From Halopseudomonas aestusnigri (GTDB lineage Bacteria > Pseudomonadota > Alphaproteobacteria > Kiloniellales > Kiloniellaceae): a stretch of 64,000 nt of DNA. The stretch lies in NCBI GenBank assembly GCA_036960845.1, contig JBALWN010000010.1:10799-74798 (forward strand), given 5' to 3'. The position numbers and the translations under genes were made by a program. Positions 18,177 through 27,929 of this stretch are shown in pieces. Within the stretch, counting starts at the first letter, position 1, and every line of letters begins with the position of its first letter. The notes under the pieces are model-generated. The model saw only the letters and a list, made by a program, of their open reading frames with translations, did not search any database and was not told the DNA's origin.

Positions 18177-18754
18177 CAGTTTCGCGCCTCCAACCAACTT
18201 GAGGGAGCAATTTCACTTGTCCCATCTTCCATCATATCACTGGCTTTTGCCTGTGCGAGATCGTTGCGATAGAGCCCAAGTGCCGTGTTGAGTTTCGATT
18301 GGGAACCCGTTAAGACCTCTGCCAAACGAACAGCAAGTTGCCCAGAAATAACACGTCGAAGATCCGGTGGCATATCCGATGGATCAATATCGCGGCTGAT
18401 ATAGCGGTAATAAAGCGGCGCATCTAGATGGCAAAGTACATAACGGCCCTCGAGTGTATATTGGACCGCGAGGCCACCCATCTCGCCAGTCGTAGTTATA
18501 GGAAGGGCCTGAATATCATCAACCGGGCGCCGATAACGTTTCCAGTCTCCAAATGCAGGCACCTCAGCAGAAGTCGCCAATTTGACCCGTCTGATAGCAC
18601 AGCTCCAGGGATAAGCGCGCAGAACAGTCTCAACGGCACGGGGATAGGCAATTTTACACTGGCGCGCTTCCTTGCTGCTTTCTTCCAGACTGACAATGGA
18701 CTTGTCCCCCAGGATCTGCAAGGCATCCCGGCAGATTTCAACCTTGCTGCTCAT
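18176..18754 (-). CDS. tail tubular protein A-like
   Basis: N-terminus ICRDALQILGDKSIVSLEESSKEARQCKIAYPRAVETVLRAYPWSCA matches the gp11-like adaptor pattern. Lies directly upstream of the tubular B gene. Confidence 0.65.
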   Translation of the reverse strand: MSSKVEICRDALQILGDKSIVSLEESSKEARQCKIAYPRAVETVLRAYPWSCAIRRVKLATSAEVPAFGDWKRYRRPVDDIQALPITTTGEMGGLAVQYTLEGRYVLCHLDAPLYYRYISRDIDPSDMPPDLRRVISGQLAVRLAEVLTGSQSKLNTALGLYRNDLAQAKASDMMEDGTSEIAPSSWLEARN

Positions 18755-18790
18755 CTATCTTCCTGACCAAAATTGTAAAAGAAAATTCAA

Positions 18791-18826
18791 GTAAAATGGG
18801 AGGCCGTCGCAAAGACAAAACCTCCC
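18791..18826 (-). terminator. possible terminator after the capsid module
   Basis: Minus strand reads GGGAGG-17 nt-CCTCCC followed by ATTTTAC. The loop is long and the T-tract weak. Confidence 0.35.
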
Positions 18827-18869
18827 ACTTTCAATTCATGCTGGTGGCGCATTGGCCGCCAGTGATCAG

Positions 18870-19133
18870 CTATGCTTTTTCCATCCAGCTAGAGGAAAAA
18901 TGTGCTTCATCCCTTAGCTCAAAAGCATCGCCTTCTTCACGGAGTTGAGCGCCGTAATACCCAAGAGAAATTGCTCTGACCTTAAACGCAACCGCCTTTG
19001 TTTTTTGGGGAACTTGTTGCTTAGCCATTTCTTCAGGCATTGCCTTATAGTTCCCTTCAGACTTAACGCCTTTAAGCTTTATCTTTTTACTGGCAGTTCC
19101 GGTCTTGCGACCAGATTTTGCCGAGAACACCAT
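18870..19133 (-). CDS. small hypothetical head/tail-joining region protein
   Basis: 87 aa. 1-nt overlap with the upstream gene. Basic N-terminus; C-terminus FELRDEAHFSSSWMEK. Confidence 0.45.
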   Translation of the reverse strand: MVFSAKSGRKTGTASKKIKLKGVKSEGNYKAMPEEMAKQQVPQKTKAVAFKVRAISLGYYGAQLREEGDAFELRDEAHFSSSWMEKA

Positions 19134-19555
19134 TAACTCTGAACCCCAGCCACAATTGCAGCTGAGATTCTACCGGCACTTGGGTTGGTGCCCGATACGG
19201 TATAACGCAAACGCATATAACGCTCATCCAGACCCTTTGGCAGGATATGGAACGACGTCTGTTTTCCAGCCACCAAATCTGCCCGCACAATAGATTGTGA
19301 AAGAACTTCACGTGCTGAAGAGAACCCGGAATTGTTATCAACCTCAATCGCAATTTTAAGCGATGTGAGATTATTAAAAGCCTCTGTCACCTGTACGTTA
19401 AGTGGCACAGCCGTGCCATCACCGGGATTAGAAGGTAGAGCAATAGATGCCCCGACAACCGTGCCCGTTGTGCCAAGGTCCAGAATGTTCGTTGACGAAG
19501 CAGTACCTGTAATCGTCTGCTGATCAGAAAACGTGAGTTGTTTACTATGGATCAT
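19133..19555 (-). CDS. capsid cement/decoration-like protein (Bbp16-like position)
   Basis: 140 aa directly after the MCP gene, beta-rich, C-terminal ERYMRLRYTVSGTNPSAGRISAAIV. This is the position of the jelly-roll cement protein in BPP-1-type gene order. Confidence 0.5.
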   Translation of the reverse strand: MIHSKQLTFSDQQTITGTASSTNILDLGTTGTVVGASIALPSNPGDGTAVPLNVQVTEAFNNLTSLKIAIEVDNNSGFSSAREVLSQSIVRADLVAGKQTSFHILPKGLDERYMRLRYTVSGTNPSAGRISAAIVAGVQS

Positions 19556-19573
19556 GTTTTATCCCTCTCTCAA

Positions 19574-20593
19574 TTAAGCAGACAGAACGCGTGCTTCGGA
19601 ATTGAGCAACGCATCAGTTTCACGAATAGGAATACCGCGATAAGTCAGCACTTCCTGACCTTCAAGTTCGCTGTCTTTCAACCGAACAAAGTTATCGCTC
19701 GCGCCTGCATTGGTGGCCAAGGCATCCAGAGATTCCAGAACGTCACGGTTACAGTAAATAACCTGACGACCACCCGCCGCATCGCCACGACGAATGCGAG
19801 ACTGGAGCTTGTAATAGGCCTTGCGCATGAAATCGTACAACTTCACATTACCTGCTGACATTTCAGATACATCAATGTTGGCAATACGGGAAACATAACG
19901 CCAATCTTTAACAGCCAACCCAAGGTGCCATGTGAATTTTTCTTCTTTCACATAATAAGGATTGCTGTTTTCATCCAACACACGTTGACGGCCCATGTCA
20001 TCGCGTTGAAGGCCCGCTTTCGTGCCTTGTGGATAAAGCAAGTGACAATGACGATCCCCCCAGGTCACAAACCAGATCGATGTGTTGTCAGAACCAACAC
20101 CCCCCGCATCAATAACCTGTTCGCCGGAACCGCCCCCACCAATGGAATTAAAGCGCGAGGAAAGACCTTTGAACTTTTCAGGAGTTGTCGCAGTGTCATG
20201 ATAGAAAAGACCGGAAGCCGCTTCCTGGTTCATTGATTCCATAAACGCCATGGCTTCATTCAGACGAACACCTGCTTCATTTTTGGCCAAATGCAACACA
20301 CGCTCATCAATGGTTGCCAGTGCTTCAAGATAGCCAGTGGTATCTGTAACCTGCTGTTGTTTTGCTTTTGATTGGGAAATGCCCTGATAAAGCGCGCCCC
20401 AACTTACAGATGGCAGACCAGTACGGATAGTATGTAAATGCTCAGAGCCCTTGTTACATTCCATTGCAATTGCATCATCCAAAATCGGATTTTGCTGCTT
20501 TAGAAGCTCAATAATAGTAGCAGTAGATCCGTTGGGATCAGTCTGTTTGTAGATGTCGATCAGATCGACAAAGGTATTTCCAAGTGTAGCCAT
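19574..20593 (-). CDS. major capsid protein
   Basis: 339 aa. NPILDDAIAMECNKGSEHLHTIRTGLPSVSWGALYQGISQSK is typical of the epsilon15/BPP-1-type MCP family. Preceded by the scaffold gene. Confidence 0.75.
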   Translation of the reverse strand: MATLGNTFVDLIDIYKQTDPNGSTATIIELLKQQNPILDDAIAMECNKGSEHLHTIRTGLPSVSWGALYQGISQSKAKQQQVTDTTGYLEALATIDERVLHLAKNEAGVRLNEAMAFMESMNQEAASGLFYHDTATTPEKFKGLSSRFNSIGGGGSGEQVIDAGGVGSDNTSIWFVTWGDRHCHLLYPQGTKAGLQRDDMGRQRVLDENSNPYYVKEEKFTWHLGLAVKDWRYVSRIANIDVSEMSAGNVKLYDFMRKAYYKLQSRIRRGDAAGGRQVIYCNRDVLESLDALATNAGASDNFVRLKDSELEGQEVLTYRGIPIRETDALLNSEARVLSA

Positions 20594-20595
20594 GA

Positions 20596-21411
20596 TTAGC
20601 CTTCCTTAGTATATGATGGGTAGAGAATTTCCGCCGCAGATCTGTTGCGTCGGGATGCACCGGCTCCGCCGGGGCTGCTGTCCTCTACCAGGGAGAGGCC
20701 AGCTTTATGGAAAGCGCGTAAAACGATCGGGTCATTCAAAACCCCCGCTTCGCTCAACACGCCTTCCAGTTCAGAACCGCCAAAGGCTTTAAGGGCGCGA
20801 TTGGCCGTTCTGACATTGGTATCCATGTTCGAACCCCATTCTTCACGCAGGGCGGAAGAGGTGTCCTCTATTTGTTGTTCCAAATAATGTTTCTGCTCCC
20901 GTTCCATCGTTTCATACGACTGGGATTTTGCCTGAAGATCCAACTCGGTCAGAGCTTGAGCCTGACTTGGTGAAAGCCCGAGTGCGTGAGAGAGTTGACT
21001 GATAGCGCTGGTGTATTCTTTCCACTCCCCACCTGTCACGTCTTCGCCCATCTCCTTGGGAATAACTAGTTCATAACCTTCAGGGCTATCCGGTACGCCG
21101 AGAACTGCATAAAAGGCATCGACTTCATCTTCGTTTGCCCCCTCACCTGGCAACTTGATGAAACCATCCGGATTATCTGTGAAATTATCTTCCGAATTAT
21201 CTGCCTCCAGATTTGAAGAACCATCGCTGCCTTCATCTGAAGAAGAAAGTGCCTCGTCAAGCCCAGGTGCAGACCCGGCATTATCTGCTGATGATGGCTC
21301 ATAAAAATGCCCGCTATCTTTCGATGCGGGCTGATCAGAGGATCCAGATGAATAATCGAGGTCTAAAGATCCCGTGGGAGGACTTTTCTCCGAGATTTGA
21401 ATTTCACTCAT
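20596..21411 (-). CDS. scaffolding protein
   Basis: 271 aa, strongly acidic with a low-complexity N-terminal half. Located between the portal and MCP genes. ATGA overlap upstream. Confidence 0.6.
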   Translation of the reverse strand: MSEIQISEKSPPTGSLDLDYSSGSSDQPASKDSGHFYEPSSADNAGSAPGLDEALSSSDEGSDGSSNLEADNSEDNFTDNPDGFIKLPGEGANEDEVDAFYAVLGVPDSPEGYELVIPKEMGEDVTGGEWKEYTSAISQLSHALGLSPSQAQALTELDLQAKSQSYETMEREQKHYLEQQIEDTSSALREEWGSNMDTNVRTANRALKAFGGSELEGVLSEAGVLNDPIVLRAFHKAGLSLVEDSSPGGAGASRRNRSAAEILYPSYTKEG

Positions 21412-21686
21412 TCTTGCGCGTCTTCCTCTTGTATTAGATAAGCTGCCTTAGCCAGTTCCGCCCGAAGGTCAGCACTGACGGAAGCCTTGCGGAGAATGTC
21501 AAAGACGATGGCACGCTTGCCATCGTTAAAAACAGACGGGCCGCCTGGCACTGTTGCCTCAAATGCCCCAGCCTGATCCAACATGTCAGCCATGACCAAC
21601 TGCCCGTCAGCGGTTGCAAAAAGCCGACCATAGGCATCAATCAACTCATGCTGTTTCTTCAACGAAAAGGACCAACCTTTAAGCAT
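21408..21686 (-). CDS. small hypothetical protein downstream of the portal gene
   Basis: The ORF opens at 21722, but MLKGW at 21686 overlaps the portal stop. Conserved position between portal and scaffold genes. Confidence 0.4.
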   Translation of the reverse strand: MLKGWSFSLKKQHELIDAYGRLFATADGQLVMADMLDQAGAFEATVPGGPSVFNDGKRAIVFDILRKASVSADLRAELAKAAYLIQEEDAQE

Positions 21687-23370
21687 TAAACTGCTCCTCC
21701 CCACCCTCAGATACTTGACCACCTGCTATTTGATTGGGATCTATCCCAGCGGCACTAAGTGCTTCCATTATCGGTAAAGCTTTACCAGCAGTGTCGACCT
21801 CTTGTGCCTGTTGCGCAGCAAGGGCCTGTTGTTGCTCAGCCTGTACCTTGGCTTGCCTGCTAGCTTGAACCTCTTCTACCGGACGCATGAGATCAGCGGG
21901 CATTCCATTTATATCGGCGCGCGCACGAATAATCTTGTCGTGATCAAAGTTGTCCATGATTGTCGGATCAAACTGTGCTTGTTGCGCAGCCGTTTCCAAA
22001 GTTCGTTGTATCCCCACATCTTCGGCAGCACGTCTGAGCTTTGCCATTGGGCTAGTGAACTTTAGTGAAAGTTTGCGGCCTTGAAGGGCTTCGGGTCTCG
22101 GCGGCAAATCAATAATGCCATCCGCGGCTTGGCGCTCTAAAATGGCATTTTCCCGCATCACTATTGATGCCAACATTTCTTCCTGCTTGGCAAAAGGAGG
22201 ACCGATCAGCTCGTTCTTTTCCTGTGCCCGTAAGGCTGCTTCATAAGCAGTCATATCCGGCTTGTTGACCAAGATTTGCCAGAGATCGCCATAAAAATTC
22301 GCCGAGATATCCATCTGTTTTTTTGCAATCAGCTGCTCACCAATATCTGGTCGTGCCCCCGTGACAATAGGTTGAATTTTCAAGCGCCCATCGTCCGTTA
22401 TCAAATCGGGATTGATTGCATTGGCACTCAGGTTCAGACGACGTTTAAGCTTTTGCACTGTTGCAAAGGCAGGTGACACGGCTTGTTCTGCCGCTGCAAT
22501 CGTTGTCTTGTTCATGATGTTCAACTGCTTGATATCCGGCAGCGCCATCATACCAGGTCCCCATCCATAGGCCTGCCCATCGCTTTCAACAAAAGAGGAC
22601 GCATGGATAGGAAATTCGTAATAACCCGATTGTCTGAGAACGTGGTTCTGTCCTTTGAGTACATGCACTGACGGCCAGGGAAGCTGCGTACTGGTATTAT
22701 TGGAAAGAGAAGGATCAATCGCATGGATCAATTCAAACTTTTCTTCCAGTTGATCTGGGCGATCCATCCGCATACGCAAGAGTTCGGGTAGGTTCTCCTT
22801 ACCAAATTCTTGAATAATCTGGCGCAGGGTCAGCTTGTATACCCGATAGAAAGTATCCACCTGTCCCCAGGCCGTTGTCGCTAGAAAACATTCAATTATC
22901 GGGATCATACGATATCTGATAGGCGGAAGATCTTCCCCACCGGGACCACGGCTAAGAACTTCCTCGGTCATTAAAACTTGATTGCCGTAGCACCCAAGGG
23001 ATCGGAACATTCGTTGCGTATTGGCAACAAAACCTGATTGGGTCATATAGCGAACAGAAAATAACTTTTTTGTGCGCGCTTCGGCCCAGGCTTGAACCTC
23101 GTCATTTTCTTTTAACTCATCATCCATTGGCATAAGTCCATGCCAGATAGAGCCCCGTGGGATAAGTAAACTCTCAATTGCCGCTGCAAAACGTGCCAAA
23201 TCCTGTAGAGGGCGAGAGCTATACATCTTCGACATATCGCCCACTCTACCCTCGAGGATCGACCCAAAAGGATCTAACCGTTCGGCCGTTTCCTTCCAGA
23301 TCACCTCAAACTTTTGCCGCTCTTGCTGCAGTGCGCTCTGGCGGTTGATCACCTTCTCAGCAAGTTCCAT
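21679..23370 (-). CDS. portal (head-to-tail connector) protein
   Basis: 563 aa. N-terminus RQSALQQERQKFEVIWKETAERLDP and a Q/A-rich C-terminal tail are typical of podovirus connector proteins. Position upstream of the scaffold and MCP genes. Confidence 0.75.
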   Translation of the reverse strand: MELAEKVINRQSALQQERQKFEVIWKETAERLDPFGSILEGRVGDMSKMYSSRPLQDLARFAAAIESLLIPRGSIWHGLMPMDDELKENDEVQAWAEARTKKLFSVRYMTQSGFVANTQRMFRSLGCYGNQVLMTEEVLSRGPGGEDLPPIRYRMIPIIECFLATTAWGQVDTFYRVYKLTLRQIIQEFGKENLPELLRMRMDRPDQLEEKFELIHAIDPSLSNNTSTQLPWPSVHVLKGQNHVLRQSGYYEFPIHASSFVESDGQAYGWGPGMMALPDIKQLNIMNKTTIAAAEQAVSPAFATVQKLKRRLNLSANAINPDLITDDGRLKIQPIVTGARPDIGEQLIAKKQMDISANFYGDLWQILVNKPDMTAYEAALRAQEKNELIGPPFAKQEEMLASIVMRENAILERQAADGIIDLPPRPEALQGRKLSLKFTSPMAKLRRAAEDVGIQRTLETAAQQAQFDPTIMDNFDHDKIIRARADINGMPADLMRPVEEVQASRQAKVQAEQQQALAAQQAQEVDTAGKALPIMEALSAAGIDPNQIAGGQVSEGGEEQFNA

Positions 23371-23418
23371 AAGATCTCCAGTCCATGTTGCTCCAACTTT
23401 TATTGGAGTTTTGACATC

Positions 23419-23446
23419 AAAAAAACCTCACAAAAATTTGCGAGGG
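23419..23446 (-). terminator. rho-independent terminator (minus strand; also hairpin plus T-run on the plus strand)
   Basis: CCTCACA (23426-23432) pairs with TGCGAGG (23439-23445). An A-run at 23419-23425 gives a T-run on the minus strand. Confidence 0.55.
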
Positions 23447-23621
23447 TTTTAAAAATTTTCATATTTCATGTATTAAGAAATAGTTTTATGCGTCTGTGAG
23501 TTTTAACAAAATTTCGTTCGACAGACCTATATACCCAAGAACGAATATACCGTTATTCAGAGAGGCAAACAAAGTATAACGAAATAAAAACAATCCTTTT
23601 TATCATGTTTTAGTCTATTAA

Positions 23622-23945
23622 TTACAAGGTGTTATTATATTCAGGTTTGCGTAAGTTTAAAGTAGCCAATCCCCGAATACGACGTACGGGAGATTTCTCC
23701 AGACTGGTATAAGGAGAAAGAAATGGCTTTTCCGTTGGATAAAGAATTTCTGCTGGGGACCCATAGGTATCACCTCTAGTGACCCCAACCGAAAAACCAC
23801 CGACACCTCTACCACTTCCAGCTCGATTATGTATGGGACGGCGACTAACGACACTAGTAGAAAAAACTCTTTCTCGGTTAAGAGATTTTGCTCCCGAACC
23901 CGACGATGCCTGATTATTTGTGATCGCTGAAAAAGATAAACTCAC
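23622..23945 (-). CDS. hypothetical virion-associated protein, or readthrough extension of the upstream gene
   Basis: GTG at 23945 immediately follows, in the same frame, the TAG stop (23946-23948) of the upstream gene. The C-terminus repeats the upstream protein's C-terminal module. Confidence 0.45.
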   Translation of the reverse strand: MSLSFSAITNNQASSGSGAKSLNRERVFSTSVVSRRPIHNRAGSGRGVGGFSVGVTRGDTYGSPAEILYPTEKPFLSPYTSLEKSPVRRIRGLATLNLRKPEYNNTL

Positions 23946-25175
23946 CTACCGTACCCTTCCAAAGTTTGCTCGCTTGGCCTTTAGTGCTGACAAGTCAGGA
24001 GCTTTTCGAACCTTGGATTTACCAAATGATGTATAGGGCGATGATATCTGGTTCACATTATCCTCTGTATTAGGATAAAGAGATTGAGCCGCGCTGTCAT
24101 AAATCGATTTTGCTTGAAATCCTTCACCATCTCTTTGCGCGTTCCTATTTATTGCCGCTTGGCGACTTTGTGCCCGCTGAGTACTATCTAGTGTAACATT
24201 TTCATACGCTTTACCTACTGGGTACCCTGCAAGAGAAGCTAGGTTACCCGCATATCCAATAGCCCCAGAAATCCCACTCTTGGAACTTGCGACTTGTGAG
24301 AAAGAAAACTCGCCTGGATTAAATGATTTATTCCAGGCTGGCTGACCAAACGTTTCACTATCAAGCGAATAGGTGGGCGATGAGTGTACGCCAGCTAACA
24401 CCCGGCTTCCGACCTTTGAAAAAAATGACGCGACAGGGTTATTTTGAGCTGCATATGTATCAGCTAATGCTTTTTGCTCCACGGGAGACGTTGCGGCTTG
24501 TATATCAGAAAGTTGCTCTTTAGTAAGCCCACTAAAACTTGCTGTTCCAATTCCATTAGCGCCACGCACCGCGCCATTCCATGCTGTCTGCATCTCGGGG
24601 GCATGCATTCCACCTAGTGTTGGATTAGCATCAACAAATTCTTGAGAAGGCTGTGTTGAGTGTTGCCAACCTTTCGCTACGCCAGGCACTCCTACAACTT
24701 TTCCATTAGTGACAGCGCTTAGATTGTTCGCTTCAGAATCTATCTCTGAATATTCTTTTTCAAGAGCCCCTCTGTGACGATCAGCAGCAGCTTTTGTTGC
24801 TGCCTTTGAAGCGGCTTCTTTATCAACCGAGACACTATCTGCAGGGCCAGCTTTTGATGGGTTTTGAGAATCATCTCTATTACCAACTCCACTGGGCCTA
24901 TCCCGGTTGTCATTTTCTTGACTACGATCCTGCCCACGACCATCAAGCCCTGTATTATCTTGAGGAGAATTCGCCCCCGCTTCATTATCACCAGGCGCAT
25001 CGTAATATTCCCGCAACCCGGTTCTAGGGTTAATTGAACCACTGCCTCCCCTTGCCTCAAGAAGTGCAACTTCTTCTTTGTTTACATGTGCAAGTTCCGT
25101 ATCACCAAAACGACCTAATTTTGCAAGACGAGACAAAGCTATACCTCTCTTACTCGACTTTGATTTCAACTTCAT
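23946..25175 (-). CDS. phage structural/internal protein with the GDTELAH...NP-x-TGL motif
   Basis: GDTELAHVNKEEVALLEARGGSGSINPRTGLREYY is, from memory, a motif recurrent in podovirus virion proteins. AAAGGAG SD lies before the ATG at 25175 (ORF opens at 25196). Confidence 0.6.
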   Translation of the reverse strand: MKLKSKSSKRGIALSRLAKLGRFGDTELAHVNKEEVALLEARGGSGSINPRTGLREYYDAPGDNEAGANSPQDNTGLDGRGQDRSQENDNRDRPSGVGNRDDSQNPSKAGPADSVSVDKEAASKAATKAAADRHRGALEKEYSEIDSEANNLSAVTNGKVVGVPGVAKGWQHSTQPSQEFVDANPTLGGMHAPEMQTAWNGAVRGANGIGTASFSGLTKEQLSDIQAATSPVEQKALADTYAAQNNPVASFFSKVGSRVLAGVHSSPTYSLDSETFGQPAWNKSFNPGEFSFSQVASSKSGISGAIGYAGNLASLAGYPVGKAYENVTLDSTQRAQSRQAAINRNAQRDGEGFQAKSIYDSAAQSLYPNTEDNVNQISSPYTSFGKSKVRKAPDLSALKAKRANFGRVR

Positions 25176-25193
25176 CACCGCTACTCCTTTCAA

Positions 25194-25218
25194 CAAAAAA
25201 AGCCCTGCAAATTGCAGG
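25194..25218 (-). terminator. weak rho-independent terminator candidate (minus strand)
   Basis: Minus strand reads CCTGC-AATTT-GCAGG followed by GCTTTTTTTG. Sits at the boundary between the cargo island and the structural genes. Confidence 0.4.
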
Positions 25219-25766
25219 ACTCTTACTTAGAAAAGACATTTTTGTCCGAGAGAATAATACACGTAAAAAAATCTTGATAAAAAGTATCATAACGATTTTA
25301 GGATTTATTTTTAACGCAACAAACATCACAAACTTTAGTTGATAAACATACACCAATCCTCCATTTTTTATTCAAAGTTGAAGTCTAAAATTTAAACAAA
25401 TCATTTCACTTTAGGGCCTAAAGTGCTATTTATCTTCATTATTTCCCTGACGTTTTTAGTTTTCTCAGAACAAACGTCAACAGCCCAATCCATTGATGCC
25501 ATGGAGATTGAGCGACAAATAAAAAATGGTGAATTTAATCAGGTCAAAAGTCTGCCTTTAATAAGATGATTCAGGGCGTAGAGTTAAACTCTTCCGGTCA
25601 ACGAGCCCTGCAGAAAGAAACCAGTACTTTTAGGCTTACCAGCGAATATGACCCAATGAAATGTATTCTTGCACCGCTTGGCCTCTATGACGAGATGCTA
25701 GTCACCTTGTAAAAAGCTCTTTTGATACTGAAAGTTCCTCAATTCATAACTCAAAAAATCAACCGA

Positions 25767-26192
25767 CTAATCACACCGGACAAGGTCCAAAAATTTAACG
25801 GCGTTCTCTAGTTGATCATCCAACTTGTCGGTAATTACCTTTTCACCAAGGTAAAAGCTTTCAAAGGAAAGACTGTTATTGGTTCGGGCCAGTTTAATAT
25901 AAAGATCTTTGTTGACTATAGCTGTGGATTGGGTGGGTTGTTCTGAATAGTAGGGATAAATCAATAAGTCACCGCCCTCATCAATAACATACTTGGGCTT
26001 ACCAAATATCATCGCTTCCACAACCGTATTTGAATAAAAGATACCTTGCTCGCGAAACGAAATATAATTCCCTGCCTCGGTGCAGGTGGCCGCGTTGTTT
26101 TCACTCCATTTTTTTGACAACAGGTTATCTTCTTCATCACAGGAAGAAAGTGAAAACAATAAAAATATAGATAAAATTAATTTCAAATACAT
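25767..26192 (-). CDS. lipoprotein, unknown function
   Basis: MYLKLILSIFLLFSLSSC is a signal peptide plus lipobox. Confidence 0.55.
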   Translation of the reverse strand: MYLKLILSIFLLFSLSSCDEEDNLLSKKWSENNAATCTEAGNYISFREQGIFYSNTVVEAMIFGKPKYVIDEGGDLLIYPYYSEQPTQSTAIVNKDLYIKLARTNNSLSFESFYLGEKVITDKLDDQLENAVKFLDLVRCD

Positions 26193-26883
26193 ATCTTAAC
26201 CTATTGTAATATAACAATATTATATCATATGATTTTTGTTAAACAACCCAATTAATTTTGAAGAAAACGATAGAAAAGGCCAAATTTCGTAACTTATTTG
26301 CATTGAAAAACATGTCAATAAGAGGCCATTTCCTCTCATTAAGGATAAGAGATTGCTCTACACAAGCTACTTTTTATGCCCTAAACCCAAAAACGCCGCT
26401 CAGTCATTACAACTTTGCGGCGTTTGGTACAATCAATCAGTCGAAACACGATCCTAACTACATTAGGATCATTAGCAATGATAATTTTTATTTTTTTTCA
26501 AAAGGAAAATATCATACGGGCGCTTCTATTGGAAACTCTACAGAAATACAGGTCCCTAACCCTTACTCACAAATCATAGGTATATAGCCGTCGTGGTGTT
26601 CGCGAGGGATTAAAAATGTAACATCTAAAATAATATTACCCGCCAAAATATTCAAATAATTTTTGAATTTAACCTTTGGCTCTCCCCTGTATTCTATTCG
26701 ACCTTTGTCCCTCGTTATTTTTCCCGGAAGTCGGAATGCAATAAAACACAAAAAGAACAGACAACAGGTAGCAATTTATAATTAAACTTATCTTCGAATA
26801 TATTTATAAATTATACTCATGAAGTTAAAGAATAGTACTGATAATAAATGGTACCGGGGGAACGATAAAATGGGAACGATAAA

Positions 26884-27681
26884 ATGAAATTTTATCTTAC
26901 TGTCATCTCATCAATTCTTCTTGGAAGTTGTAGTTTGCCAGAAGTTGCCAGTATCACTCTTGAACCGACGGTAAGGCAACAAATCTACACCGATAAAAAA
27001 GGCTCTCGTGATGCAATCCCCTTTGGTTGCCATAGTAATCACACTGGCCTCGGCGCTCCTTATTTTGAAGATTTAGAGCTAGATGAAGCACAAATTGGTT
27101 ACCAAAGTCTCGAGCTCCCAAGAGGTGTAAGACAGCGATGCCGTTTTGATTATGCTATGGAGCATCAGGCTGTATATTATTTTGACTTGCAAGAATACAC
27201 CTATGGCAATCTAACTACCACTCACCCTGACATAGGGTCTCTCTCCGGTGCGTTGCTCACAGCCGACTATATTCTCGACCCAGAAAATGAGAACTGCTTG
27301 GCCAGCCCCACAACACAGATATCTGGTGTTAGAACCCATGATTTCTACCTTTCAGAAGAACCAAGTCCTGGCAGCCCCCATCGTGCAATAGAAGGACCAC
27401 CCGTGGATTTAGATGGTGAGCTTATCTCCTTCCCAGACATTAACAGACAACGTGCCGCCCTGGACCCCGTTAATATTACAGCGGGGTCTGGCCATATTAC
27501 CATCGCGTTAACCGACAGGCAGGTCGAACACATCCAAGCAATGTTGGATCGCTCGACTTTAAACCTGCGACTGAACGTTTTACTGCTTGGCCTCGCGAAC
27601 CCAACCTGGCGACAAAACCATCATTGTATAAGCCGAGTACAGAAGACCCGCCTGGTATTACTTTTTAGGCCAGATACTTAA
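26884..27681 (+). CDS. lipoprotein, unknown function
   Basis: MKFYLTVISSILLGSC is a signal peptide plus lipobox. A 14-nt tandem duplication (GGGAACGATAAAAT x2) lies just before the start. Confidence 0.55.
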   Translation: MKFYLTVISSILLGSCSLPEVASITLEPTVRQQIYTDKKGSRDAIPFGCHSNHTGLGAPYFEDLELDEAQIGYQSLELPRGVRQRCRFDYAMEHQAVYYFDLQEYTYGNLTTTHPDIGSLSGALLTADYILDPENENCLASPTTQISGVRTHDFYLSEEPSPGSPHRAIEGPPVDLDGELISFPDINRQRAALDPVNITAGSGHITIALTDRQVEHIQAMLDRSTLNLRLNVLLLGLANPTWRQNHHCISRVQKTRLVLLFRPDT

Positions 27682-27929
27682 ACCCTACGTCGCGATCATC
27701 TGGCATCTTTTTAGGCAGAGATTACAGCTTTAGAGGAACACGACAACTGGAGATTACTATTTCTCTACAGAGGTATCTAGCAAGTATTAAAAACGTGTTG
27801 TATTGAAAAACACTCACTAAGTTTTTATTGGCAATTCCTTGCTAGTCCATCCATTTATGGTCCATAGTTTTTACGAAATTTCCTTCGCCATTTCCAAATC
27901 GAAATGTAAAGAATATCAGGGCCCAAGAA

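Noticed and set aside
2924-25175. The BPP-1-like gene order prompted a search for a diversity-generating retroelement (reverse transcriptase, template and variable repeats near the fibre C-terminus).
   Set aside because: No reverse-transcriptase-like ORF (no YxDD-type protein) appears anywhere in the ORF track. I saw no long near-identical repeat pair around the 3' end of the fibre gene. A computational repeat search with adenine-specific mismatches would be needed to be certain.
25400-25730. Short plus-strand ORF fragments: a signal-peptide-like VLFIFIISLTFLVFSEQTSTAQS...IKNGEFNQVKSLPLIR*, then MIQGVELNSSGQRALQKETSTFRL...
   Set aside because: Each piece is under 60 aa and has no recognisable homology by eye. 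It is possibly a decayed secreted-protein gene, but I cannot support a call.
26258-26587. 109-aa plus-strand ORF (TTG start) in the cargo island.
   Set aside because: No RBS, no domain, no signal peptide, and an odd composition. It could be real, but the sequence alone does not support it. The overlapping 26563-26751 minus-strand ORF is equally weak.
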